From positions 1-36,755 of the forward strand of contig JAWOID010000100.1 in NCBI GenBank assembly GCA_046484865.1: DNA of 36,755 nucleotides, written 5' to 3'. This document shows positions 1 through 8,801 of this stretch, one piece after another. Both the position numbers and the translations under genes were made by a program. Every line of letters starts with the position of its first letter. The first letter of the stretch is position 1. The stretch comes from Candidatus Krumholzibacteriia bacterium. Lineage in GTDB: Bacteria; Krumholzibacteriota; Krumholzibacteriia; LZORAL124-64-63. The notes beneath the pieces are model-generated. The model did no database searches. It was not told the origin of the DNA and worked only from the letters and a program-made list of their open reading frames with translations.

Positions 1-59
1 CCGGTTGGCCGATCAGCTCCTCGCGCGTATAGCCAAACAACCGTTCCGTCGCCATCCAC

Positions 60-920
60 GTGGCCTACGCCCACTTCCACCAGGCGCCCCCCATCGGCAC
101 CATCTTCAACAACTCCGACTACGACCGGCTGCGCAACCTGCAGGCCGGCGCCATCGACTACGGCGTGATGGGCAACCCGGACGTTGGACCCGAGAAGACG
201 GTGCAGTACGAGATCGGCTACAAGCAGATCGTCAATCCCGACCTGGGGTTCGACCTGACCATCTTCTACAAGGACATCCGCGACCTGCTCGGCGTGGAGT
301 TCATCGAGACCTACACCGGGGCCGAGTACCCGCGTCTGACCAACGTCGACTTCGGCAGCGCCTTCGGCGTGACCTTCGCCATCGACCACCGGCGCATCGG
401 ACCGGTGCGGCTCGCTTTGGACTACACGCTGCTGCAGGCGCTGGGCAACAGCAGCGACCCGCGCGAGACCGCCACGCGGGCCGCCGCCGGGGAGGATCCG
501 CGGCCGCGGCTGGTGCCGTTCAACTGGGACCAGCGCCACACGATGAATCTCACCGCGGCGCTGTCGCGGCCGGGCGACTACTCCATCAGCACCGTCATCC
601 AGGCCGGCAGCGGGCAACCATACACGCCGGTGATCGAGTCGGGCTTCGGCTACGGTCTGGAGACCAACTCGGGCCGCAAGCCGGCCGGGATCGTGGTGGA
701 CCTGCGCGCCGAGAAGACGGTGGACCTGGCCGTCCGCTCGGCGATCTTCCTGCGCGTCTTCAACGTGTTCGATGCGCGCTACGTGAACGGGGCGGTGTTC
801 CCGAGCACCGGCAGCCCGTTCTACTCGCGCTTCCCGGGACCCGACCGCGTGGCCCTGGGCGACGCCACCCGCTACTACCCGCCGCGCCGCATCGAACTGG
901 GCGTGCGGGTGGGCTGGTGA
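60..920 (+). CDS. TonB-dependent receptor, C-terminal barrel part (5' truncated at window edge)
   Basis: Motifs 'HVAYAHFHQAP', 'GNPDVGPEKTVQYEIG', 'FYKDIRDL', 'NWDQRHT', 'FLRVFNVFD', 'PPRRIELGVRVGW' with a terminal aromatic beta-signal. Similarity extends a few codons upstream; in-frame TAG at 30-32 lies in a noisy end. Confidence 0.85.
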   Translation: MAYAHFHQAPPIGTIFNNSDYDRLRNLQAGAIDYGVMGNPDVGPEKTVQYEIGYKQIVNPDLGFDLTIFYKDIRDLLGVEFIETYTGAEYPRLTNVDFGSAFGVTFAIDHRRIGPVRLALDYTLLQALGNSSDPRETATRAAAGEDPRPRLVPFNWDQRHTMNLTAALSRPGDYSISTVIQAGSGQPYTPVIESGFGYGLETNSGRKPAGIVVDLRAEKTVDLAVRSAIFLRVFNVFDARYVNGAVFPSTGSPFYSRFPGPDRVALGDATRYYPPRRIELGVRVGW

Positions 921-984
921 AGCGACCGGCAACCGGGGCGCCGCGGGGCGTCCCCTACAACCGCGACCGGAAGGACCTGCACAC

Positions 985-3900
985 GTGGTGCGGAAGCGAC
1001 GAACCCGGATCCTGATCGCCGTGGGGCTGGCCGTGGGGGTGCTCGTGACCGGACGGCCGAGCGCCGACGTGCCCACCCCGGTGCCGCCGGATCAGCGCGG
1101 CACCCACTTCGCCGAGCGGGCGGGCCAGCACGACGCCAACAACATGCGCACCATCTTCTGGAACTACGGAATGGTGGGCGACTATCCGCAGGATCCGCTG
1201 CGCGTGGACCTGTCGGTGTTCCACTCGGTGGAGGTACCCAAGGGCACGGGCATGAACTACAGCGACGGCATCACGCCGTTCGTGCTGGCCAAGATCACCC
1301 AGGCCCACGGCGCGGAAGCCTACATCATGGAGACCGGCTTCCGCGAACGGCAGGGCACCAGCCCCTACAACGCGCGCGTGATGCGGTTCGAGCCGCGCCC
1401 GGGCTACTTCGAGCCCGACCCCGCGCTCAACCCCGCCCGCTCGCCGGCCATCAGCAACGACCCGCGCACCTGGCCCGATTCGTGGCCGGATCGCCTGAAC
1501 GACCTGGACGACCCGGGCTGGCCCGGCTCCTGGAACGGCTACTTCGGCAAGCAGATCGTGGCCGACCAGGAGAGCTACACGGTCATGGACGACCAGTACT
1601 ACGACGCCTGGAACTTCTATCCCGACGCCCGCGACTCGACCCGCCGCGGACTGGGCCTGCGCATCGAGGTGCGCGGGTTCCAGTGGGCCAACCCGCAGGC
1701 GCGCAACGTGATCTTCTGGTACTACGACATCACCAACGAGGGCACCGTCGATTACGACGACAACATCATCTTCGGACTCTACATGGATTCGGGCGTGGGC
1801 GGCTCGGCGCTGTCCTGCGACAACATCCCCGAGTCGGACGACGACAACGCCTTCTACCGCGAGGTGTTCGACGGCCTGAAGATCAACCTGGTCTACACCT
1901 GGGACAAGGAAGGCCATGGCGTGGACCTGAACAGCTCGTGCGGGCAGACCGGCTACCTGGGCTACGCCTACATGGAGACCCCCGGCAACGCCACCGATCT
2001 CGTGGACAACGACCTGGACGGCATCATCGACGAACGCCGCGATGGCGGGCCGGGCGAGCGGATCGACGGCCAGGACCAGATCGCCGCCCGCGTGACCCAG
2101 GACTACGTGCTGGAGGACTTCGAGCGCAACTACGGCCCGCTGGAGGAGACGCCCGCTTACCTGGAGGGGGTCTGGTGGACCGGCGACGAGGACATGGACT
2201 GGGTGGCCACCGTGCACGACGTGGGGGCCGACGGACTGCCGGGGACCGGCGACACGGGCGAGGGCGACGGTAGACCCACGGACGGCGAGCCCAACTTCGA
2301 CCGCACCGACCTCAACGAGTCGGACCAGATCGGCCTCACCGGCTTCAAGTTCAACCGCATCCGCGCCGGCACCGGGAACCCCGACCAGCGCACCGACAAC
2401 ATCCTCTTCTACACCGACACCCAGGAGTGGCCGCGGCGGCTCTACGAGCAGTTCACCGCGCCCAACCCGGAAGACCGGTTCGAGAACGAAGATCTGGCGG
2501 CCAACTACAACATCGGCTTCCTGTTCGCATCGGGGCCGTTCCGCCTGCGCGCCGGCCAGACCGAGCGCTTCAGCCTGGCGCTGGCCTATGGCGCCGACCT
2601 GGACCAGCTCTCGCGCACGGTGCAGACCGTTCAGCAGATCTACAACGCCAACTACCGGTTCGCCGTGCCGCCCAAGCTGCCCACCGTCACCGCCGACGCC
2701 GGCGACGGCTGGGTGCGCATCTCCTGGGACGACGAGGCCGAGCGCACCGTGGACCCGGTGACCGGCGAGCGCGACTTCGAGGGGTACCGCATCTATCGCT
2801 CCACCGATCCCGACTTCCGCGACCCGCGCGAGGGCGGCGACGGCGGGGGGATCGAGTCGCTGCTCAACGGCCAGTGGGTAGCTGCCTTCGACCTGGTGAA
2901 CGGCCGCACCGGCTTCGCCGAGCACGACGTGGAAGGCCGCTCCGAGTATCTGGGCAACGACAGCGGCATCACCCATACCTGGACCGACCACAGCGTGGTG
3001 AACGGGCAGCAGTACTACTACGCCGTCACGGCCTACGACTACGGCTCGGAGTCGGACAGGTTCAACTTCCCGCCGTCGGAGAACGCGATCACGCCGTCGC
3101 GCAGTCCGCGCGCGGGGCTGGTGTTGCCATCCAACGTGGTGGCGGTACGGCCGAACCCGCGGGTGCTGGGCTTCGTGCCGGCCAGCGCCGACTCGGCGCG
3201 CCAGGTGGCGGGCCGGGGCGACGGCAGCGTGGCGGTGCAGGTGGTGAACTCGGGGCTGGTGCCGGACGAGCACGTCTTCCGCGTCACGTTCGCGCCACCG
3301 CACCCCGACAGCCTCCGCGCGGCGCGTTACATGCTCACGGACGCCACCTCGGACTCGATCCTGTTCGAGGCGGGACGGGACCTCGCGGGCCAGGGCACCG
3401 GCCCCGTGGGCGCGGGTCTGCTGCCGGTGGTGGACACTCCGGAGCAGGTGGCGGTGAATACCACGAGGACCGGCTTCCTGGCGGGCAGTTCCACCGACGT
3501 CGCTGTCGAAGTGAGCTACCTGCCCGTCCTGTCGCGGAACCTGATCCGACCGGGGTTCCCCGACGACCTCGTCGTGGAGTTCCACGACGAGGTGGTTGAC
3601 ACCTCGCTCAGCCAGGCGTTCCGGCCGGGGCGTCCCGCTCGCTTCCGGGTGCTGGCGCGGTCGCCGGACGGGCTGCAGCGCCTGGACTTCCTCTTCATCG
3701 ACCTCGATCTCGACGGCACCCTGAGCCAGGTCGAGGAGCGCATCGACGTGGTCACCTACCACGAGAGCCAGGGCGACGTGGAGCAGCCCACGTGGCGCAT
3801 CGAGGTGGTGCAAGAGGATCCGCAAGAGCCGCCCGCGGCGGGCGACGAGTTCCTGCTGGCCGTGACCCGGCCCTACGGCGCCGAGGACGTGTTCCTCTTC

Positions 3901-4254
3901 GCTACCCTGGGGGAGCATGTGAACCCCGCTGCCACCCAGGCGAAGCTGGAGCCCTACGTGGTGCCCAACCCCTACGTGGCGTCGGCCAGCTTCGAACCCG
4001 AGCGGTTCGCCGTCGCCGGCCGCGGCGATCGACGAATGGAGTTCCGCGGGCTCCCGGCCCGCTGCCAGGTGCGGATCTACACCGTGCGCGGCGAGCTGGT
4101 GCGGATCCTGGAGCACGACGGCTCCACGGACGGCTACGTGGCGTGGGACCTGCGCACCAAGGACAACCTGGACGTTGCGCCGGGCCTGTACGTCTTCCAC
4201 GTGGACGGCGGCGACCTGGGCACCCATATCGGCAAGTTCGCCATCATCAAGTGA
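985..4254 (+). CDS. Large secreted protein with Asp-rich Ca-binding-type loops, FN3-like domain and an atypical T9SS/FlgD-like C-terminal domain
   Basis: Signal peptide (MVRKRRTRILIAVGLAVGVLV). Loops DNDLDGIIDE, DVGADGLPGTGDTGEGDG, DLDLDG. FN3-like 'VTADAGDGWVRISWD..FEGYRIYRS..WTDHSVVNGQQYYYAVTAYD'. CTD 'VVPNPYV..RIYTVRGELVR..WDLRTKDNLDVAPGLY..GKFAIIK'. Strong GC3 bias. Confidence 0.85.
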   Translation: MVRKRRTRILIAVGLAVGVLVTGRPSADVPTPVPPDQRGTHFAERAGQHDANNMRTIFWNYGMVGDYPQDPLRVDLSVFHSVEVPKGTGMNYSDGITPFVLAKITQAHGAEAYIMETGFRERQGTSPYNARVMRFEPRPGYFEPDPALNPARSPAISNDPRTWPDSWPDRLNDLDDPGWPGSWNGYFGKQIVADQESYTVMDDQYYDAWNFYPDARDSTRRGLGLRIEVRGFQWANPQARNVIFWYYDITNEGTVDYDDNIIFGLYMDSGVGGSALSCDNIPESDDDNAFYREVFDGLKINLVYTWDKEGHGVDLNSSCGQTGYLGYAYMETPGNATDLVDNDLDGIIDERRDGGPGERIDGQDQIAARVTQDYVLEDFERNYGPLEETPAYLEGVWWTGDEDMDWVATVHDVGADGLPGTGDTGEGDGRPTDGEPNFDRTDLNESDQIGLTGFKFNRIRAGTGNPDQRTDNILFYTDTQEWPRRLYEQFTAPNPEDRFENEDLAANYNIGFLFASGPFRLRAGQTERFSLALAYGADLDQLSRTVQTVQQIYNANYRFAVPPKLPTVTADAGDGWVRISWDDEAERTVDPVTGERDFEGYRIYRSTDPDFRDPREGGDGGGIESLLNGQWVAAFDLVNGRTGFAEHDVEGRSEYLGNDSGITHTWTDHSVVNGQQYYYAVTAYDYGSESDRFNFPPSENAITPSRSPRAGLVLPSNVVAVRPNPRVLGFVPASADSARQVAGRGDGSVAVQVVNSGLVPDEHVFRVTFAPPHPDSLRAARYMLTDATSDSILFEAGRDLAGQGTGPVGAGLLPVVDTPEQVAVNTTRTGFLAGSSTDVAVEVSYLPVLSRNLIRPGFPDDLVVEFHDEVVDTSLSQAFRPGRPARFRVLARSPDGLQRLDFLFIDLDLDGTLSQVEERIDVVTYHESQGDVEQPTWRIEVVQEDPQEPPAAGDEFLLAVTRPYGAEDVFLFATLGEHVNPAATQAKLEPYVVPNPYVASASFEPERFAVAGRGDRRMEFRGLPARCQVRIYTVRGELVRILEHDGSTDGYVAWDLRTKDNLDVAPGLYVFHVDGGDLGTHIGKFAIIK

Positions 4255-4283
4255 GAGCGGAGAGCGTGAACACGAGGCGGGAC

Positions 4284-5402
4284 ATGACGATCGGTCGGGC
4301 GACGCCGAGGCGGGCGGCGAGGGGGCAGACAGCGCTGCCCGCGGAGGCGACGGCCCTGGCATCGGCAGCGCGGCCGGCGACGCCGGTGCTGCTGGCCGTC
4401 GTGGTGCTGGTGGCGATGTTCGCACTGCTCGCGGGCGCCGGCCCGGCCCGCGGCCAGAGCAAGGTGGGAACCACGGTGGGCGGTTTCCTGCGCATCGAGC
4501 CGGGCGCGCGTGCGGCAGCCCTGGGGAATGCCGGCGCGGCCCTGCCCGGCACCATCGAGGCCGTGTACTACAACGCCGGCGCCATCGGCCTGCTGGAACG
4601 GCCGGCGGTGCAGTACTCGCACAGCTTCTGGTTCGCCGACATCAGCTTCGACTACGCCGCCTTCGCACTGCCGGTGAGCGGGAACAGCACCCTGTTCGCC
4701 AGCGTCACCGCGCTCAACTCGGGCGAGATGGACGTGCGCACGGTGGAGCAGCCGCTGGGGACCGGCGAGCGCTACACCGTGGCCAACACGGCGCTGGCCG
4801 TGGGCTACGGCGTGCGCATCACCAGCCGGTTCGCCGCCGGGCTGCAGGTGAACTACGCCACCGAGCGCATCTGGCACTCGTCGCTGCACATGTTCACCAT
4901 GAACATGGGTACGATGTACCGACTCTCGGAAAGCGGCATCCTGCTGGCCTTCAGCCTGGCCAACGTGGGGCCGCGCGCCGGATTCGACGGCGACGACCTG
5001 GCCATCCGCTATGACGCCGATCCCGATCGGTTCGGCGACAACAGCTCGCTACCGGCGGAGCTGTGGACCGACGACTTCCCGCTGCCGGGGGTCTTCCGGT
5101 TGGGGCTGAGCGTGCCGTTCCGGCCCACGCGCGAGATCAGCATGCTGTTCCTGGCCGAGGCGCTGCATCCCAACGACAACAGCGAGTCGGTCAACGTGGG
5201 GCTGGAGTGGGCCTGGCGCGACCTGCTGGCGCTGCGCGCCGGCTACCAGACGCTTTTCCAGACCGACCGCGAGCTGGGCCTCACCCTGGGCTTCGGCATC
5301 CAGGGGTACCTGGGCAACAACCGCTACCACGTGGACTACGCGTGGGCGGACCACGACCATCTGCAGGACACCCACCGCGTGTCGGTGGTGCTGGTGTTCT
5401 GA
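4284..5402 (+). CDS. PorV/PorQ-family outer membrane beta-barrel protein
   Basis: 'SKVGTTVGGFLRIEPGARAAALGNA..AVYYNAGA', 'HPNDNSESVNVGLEW..LALRAGY', terminal F. True start taken as ATG 4284 (GAGG upstream); the ORF-track start 3792 overlaps the previous gene. Confidence 0.85.
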   Translation: MTIGRATPRRAARGQTALPAEATALASAARPATPVLLAVVVLVAMFALLAGAGPARGQSKVGTTVGGFLRIEPGARAAALGNAGAALPGTIEAVYYNAGAIGLLERPAVQYSHSFWFADISFDYAAFALPVSGNSTLFASVTALNSGEMDVRTVEQPLGTGERYTVANTALAVGYGVRITSRFAAGLQVNYATERIWHSSLHMFTMNMGTMYRLSESGILLAFSLANVGPRAGFDGDDLAIRYDADPDRFGDNSSLPAELWTDDFPLPGVFRLGLSVPFRPTREISMLFLAEALHPNDNSESVNVGLEWAWRDLLALRAGYQTLFQTDRELGLTLGFGIQGYLGNNRYHVDYAWADHDHLQDTHRVSVVLVF

Positions 5403-5456
5403 TGGACGCTGCGGGCGAGCGGCCGCGCGCGGCCGGCCCAGCGAGGAGACCACGCC

Positions 5457-7175
5457 ATGAGAGAGCGCGACCATGAGCATGCCGTCCGGAAGCACCTTCT
5501 GCTGCTGGTCGCCGCCGCGCTGGCCGTGACCGGCGCTGCCGTGCCGACCGGCGCGGCCGGCACCCGCGCCACCGGCAACCACACGGGTGAGGCCACCGGA
5601 CTCGAGACCGCGGCTGCCGCGGCCGCCGCGGTTCCCGGGCGGTGGGCCATGGCCGACGAGAGCGCCCTCACCACCGAGGCTTTGCTGGACTCGCTTCAGC
5701 GCACGGCCTTCCTCTACTTCTGGCGCGAGGCGAACCCGGTGAACGGACTGATCCGCGACCGCAGCCAGAACTGGTCGCCCTGCAGCATCGCTGCACAGGG
5801 GTTCGGGATCTCGGCCATCTGCATCGGCATCGATCACGGCTGGGTGACGCGGGAAGCGGGCCGCGACCGAATCCTGCTCGGCATGCAGACCCTGTGGAAC
5901 GGTCCCCAGGGTGACGCGCAGTACGGCACGAACGGGTATCGCGGGCTCTTCTACCACTTCCTCGACATCAACAGCGGCGTGCGCACCTGGAGCAGCGAGT
6001 TGTCCACCATCGACACCGCTCTGCTCATGGCGGGGGTGCTGGACGCACGGCGGTACTTCGACCGCGCCGAGTCGGGCGACCAGGCGGTGCGCGCTCTGGC
6101 CGACTCGCTCTTCAACCGGGTGGACTGGCAGTTCATGACCGCCGGCGGCGGCGCCCTGCTCATGGGCTGGAAGCCGGAGACGGGCTTCAGCGGCTACAGC
6201 TACTGGATCGGCTACAACGAGGCCATGATCCTGTACCTGATGGCCCTGGGCTCGCCCACCTTCCCGGTGATCGACATCGTCTGGAACACCTGGACCACCG
6301 GCTACGACTGGCAGACGCACTACGGACAGACCTACGTGGTCTTCCCGCCCCTCTTCGGGCACCAGTACTCCCATTGCTGGGTGGACTTCCGCGGCATCCG
6401 CGACGCGTACATGCGGAACCGGGGGATCGATTACTTCGAGAACTCGCGTCGCGCCACCCTGGCGCAGCAGGCCTACTGCATCGCCAACCCGGGCGGCTGG
6501 GCGGGCTACGACTCGCTGACCTGGGGATTGACCGCCAGCGACGATCCCGACGGCTACTTGGCCCACGGCGCGCCGCCGGCCCAGAACGACAACGGCACCA
6601 TCACGCCCACCGCCGTGGCGGGGTCAATCCCCTTCGCGCCGGAGATCGTGATCCCCACGCTGCACAACTTCTACGATGCGTTCGGCACCATGCTGTGGGG
6701 CGAGTACGGCTTCAAGGACGCCTTCAATCTCACCCAGTTCTGGTGGGGCCAGGACTACATCGGCATCGACCAGGGCCCCATCATCATCATGATCGAGAAT
6801 TACCTCACGGAGTCGGTCTGGGACCGCATGATGCTGGACCCGGTCATCCAGACCGGCCTGCAGCGCGCCGGCTTCCAGCCGGTCACCCCGGTGCCCCCCG
6901 GCGGCGGCGTCTCATTCCTGAAGCTGGAGCAGAACACGCCCAACCCGTTCCAGGGCGCCACCACCATCGCCTACCGGCTGGACCGCGGCGGGCCGGTGAA
7001 CCTGCGGGTGTACGACTTGCGGGGGCGGTGCGTGAGGACGCTGGTCGATAGCGATCAAGTCGAAGGGCCGCATCAGGTTACGCTTGAAGCACTGGGGTTG
7101 CCCAGCGGGGTCTACTTGTACGCCCTGGAGTCGCGCGGGAAGGTAGCCTGGCGGCGGTGCATTCTGGTACAATGA
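5457..7175 (+). CDS. Glucoamylase-like (GH144, beta-1,2-glucanase-like) glycoside hydrolase with T9SS type-A-like CTD
   Basis: 'LQRTAFLYFW..NGLIRDR', 'GLFYHFLD', 'ELSTIDTALL', 'WIGYNEAMILY', 'PLFGHQYSHCWVDFRG', 'DYFENSRRAT', 'WGLTASD', 'GEYGFKDAFN', 'IGIDQGP'. CTD 'QNTPNPFQGATTIAYRL..VYDLRGR..LPSGVYLY'. RBS GAGGAG and signal peptide. Confidence 0.88.
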   Translation: MRERDHEHAVRKHLLLLVAAALAVTGAAVPTGAAGTRATGNHTGEATGLETAAAAAAAVPGRWAMADESALTTEALLDSLQRTAFLYFWREANPVNGLIRDRSQNWSPCSIAAQGFGISAICIGIDHGWVTREAGRDRILLGMQTLWNGPQGDAQYGTNGYRGLFYHFLDINSGVRTWSSELSTIDTALLMAGVLDARRYFDRAESGDQAVRALADSLFNRVDWQFMTAGGGALLMGWKPETGFSGYSYWIGYNEAMILYLMALGSPTFPVIDIVWNTWTTGYDWQTHYGQTYVVFPPLFGHQYSHCWVDFRGIRDAYMRNRGIDYFENSRRATLAQQAYCIANPGGWAGYDSLTWGLTASDDPDGYLAHGAPPAQNDNGTITPTAVAGSIPFAPEIVIPTLHNFYDAFGTMLWGEYGFKDAFNLTQFWWGQDYIGIDQGPIIIMIENYLTESVWDRMMLDPVIQTGLQRAGFQPVTPVPPGGGVSFLKLEQNTPNPFQGATTIAYRLDRGGPVNLRVYDLRGRCVRTLVDSDQVEGPHQVTLEALGLPSGVYLYALESRGKVAWRRCILVQ

Positions 7176-7277
7176 GGCGGCTATCAGGATGAGCCGTCAA
7201 GGAGGTGGTGCGTAGTACAAGGGAAACGTAGCTGACATCAAAGCCGAGCAAATCCTGAAAACATTGGGAGGGATGAC

Positions 7278-8072
7278 ATGAAGAAGTTCGTATGCCTGGG
7301 CGTCGCCACGCTGCTCATGGCCGGATTCGTGGCCTCGGCGCTGGCCACCACGGTCCCGACCACGGCCGTGATCTTCGAGCGCGTTTTCAACGACTGCCCG
7401 ACGTCGATCCTGACGACGGTCAACAACTACCCCACGCTGATCTCGATCAACGACCAGAAGCAGTTCTGCGGCACGGCGGGATTCGCGAACCGGCACGCGT
7501 GGCGGTTCTCCACCGACGGCACGACCGCGCAGGAGTTCATGAACACCGACGGTTTCGCCTTCTCGGCCCAGGTGACCATCACCGGCACCGGTGATGGCGA
7601 GGCCGGCATCGGGATCTCGCCCTGGTGGTCGCAACTCGTGGACGGCATGTTCAACGTGCGCTCCACGGACGGCGAGATCGCCGTGTTCGGCGGGCGGCTG
7701 CCGTTCTACTCGTTCACGGCGGCCTATGGCGTGAACTACGTCAAGGGCGAGACGATCTGCCTGGAGATGATCTACACGCCCAACAACCTGACCCAGATCA
7801 ACCCCGGCACCATCGAGTACCGCATCATCTACGACTCGATGGTCTACAGCAGCGGCCCCCTGCCGTTCGACGAAGGCAACCCGGCCGAGCCGTACGGGCT
7901 GTGGGGCATCCTCAACGAGGCCACGGCCGGCGGCTACACGCAGATGTTCATCCAGGAGGGCGCCGACGACGCCTACCTGCAGGTGGACTGGGGCACGATC
8001 TGCTTCTTCGACCTCGGCACGGTGGCGGCGAGCCCGTCCACCTGGTCGCACGTGAAGTCGCTGTACCGGTAA
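7278..8072 (+). CDS. Secreted hypothetical protein with C-terminal 'STWSHVKSLYR' motif
   Basis: RBS GGGAGG; clear Sec signal (MKKFVCLGVATLLMAGFVASALA); strong GC3 bias; beta-rich sequence. Confidence 0.85.
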   Translation: MKKFVCLGVATLLMAGFVASALATTVPTTAVIFERVFNDCPTSILTTVNNYPTLISINDQKQFCGTAGFANRHAWRFSTDGTTAQEFMNTDGFAFSAQVTITGTGDGEAGIGISPWWSQLVDGMFNVRSTDGEIAVFGGRLPFYSFTAAYGVNYVKGETICLEMIYTPNNLTQINPGTIEYRIIYDSMVYSSGPLPFDEGNPAEPYGLWGILNEATAGGYTQMFIQEGADDAYLQVDWGTICFFDLGTVAASPSTWSHVKSLYR

Positions 8073-8289
8073 GGTACGCGAAGGCCGGGCGGCGGGGGAA
8101 TGCCGTAGCCGGCGATGGTAGGCCGCCCGCGCGGCGGCCGGCACGGAGGAGGCCCGGGGCGACCCGGGCCTCCGTGCGTCCGGTGGAACGACGAGATCGA
8201 GGGAATGACGTTGCCCGGCGACTGGAGCGACCTCCTCCTCCCTTGCCGTGGGCCGTCCCATCGTACCGTGTTGGGTGTGCCGGCGGGGT

Positions 8290-8506
8290 CGTACACCTGC
8301 CGGACGCTCACACGTCAAGCTGCACGGTCGCGAGCGGCCCCAGCGGCCGGCACCTCACCTCTCAGGTCGTCGAAACCAACGCCCAAGCTCTGATCTCGAC
8401 CATCGAAGCGATCCCCCGACAGCGTCGCCTCTGCCTCGAGGGAGGTGCCCTGGCCGGTTGGCTCCACGAGGTCCTGGCGCCTCATGTCCAGGAGATCGTC
8501 GTCACC
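8290..8506 (+). mobile_element. Degenerate IS110-family transposase N-terminal fragment
   Basis: 'DAHTSSCTVASGPSGRHLTSQVVETNAQALISTIEAIPRQRRLCLEGGALAGWLHEVLAPHVQEIVVT' resembles the IS110 RuvC-like N-terminus (Y-I-G-L-D-x-H ... C-L-E-E-G ... W-L-x-E). Apparent 1-nt frameshift just before the first Asp, no start codon, truncated after about 70 codons. Confidence 0.7.
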
Positions 8507-8624
8507 TTCGCCTGGACGGCGGCGAAGTCGCCGGTGTCGAGGTCGGTGGCCGGGTGGAACCGGCGGTGCCCCGGGGCTGCGCTGCCGCAGCTTCGTCTCC
8601 ACCCCGAAACGCCGCCGAAAAGAC

Positions 8625-8801
8625 CTGCGTGAAGCCCGGCAGGCGGCCTTCATCCACTTCGCGCGATCCGCAGAGGTAGCCCGGGGAATCGGGGCCAAGG
8701 CCATCCTGGGCCAGTCGCTGTTCGGATTGGGCCGGCTTGAAGCCGCCGGAGGCGACCCCGAGCGAACCAGGCAACTGCTGGTGGACCTGAGCAAAAAATA
8801 G
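8625..8801 (+). pseudogene. TPR-like C-terminal gene fragment
   Basis: 'HFARSAEVARGIGAKAILGQSLFGLGRLEAAGGDPERTRQLL' has a TPR helix-pair pattern like the tails of cyclase/AAA-TPR proteins; no plausible start. Confidence 0.4.

Noticed and set aside
30..32. TAG readthrough (pyrrolysine or recoding) in the receptor
   Set aside because: Other genes here use TAG as a normal stop (e.g. aprA, sat, slipin); the flanking sequence looks degraded.
3792..4283. N-terminal extension of the PorV-like ORF
   Set aside because: Out-of-frame overlap with the upstream gene; Arg/Gly-rich junk translation.
955..4425. 1156-aa minus-strand ORF
   Set aside because: Antisense shadow of the 985..4254 gene, caused by high GC3; no motifs.
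7225..7277. Possible c-di-GMP-I riboswitch (GCAAA..GAAA..GGGA)
   Set aside because: Lacks the GACGCAAAGC segment and the second stem; the GGGAGG is simply the RBS.
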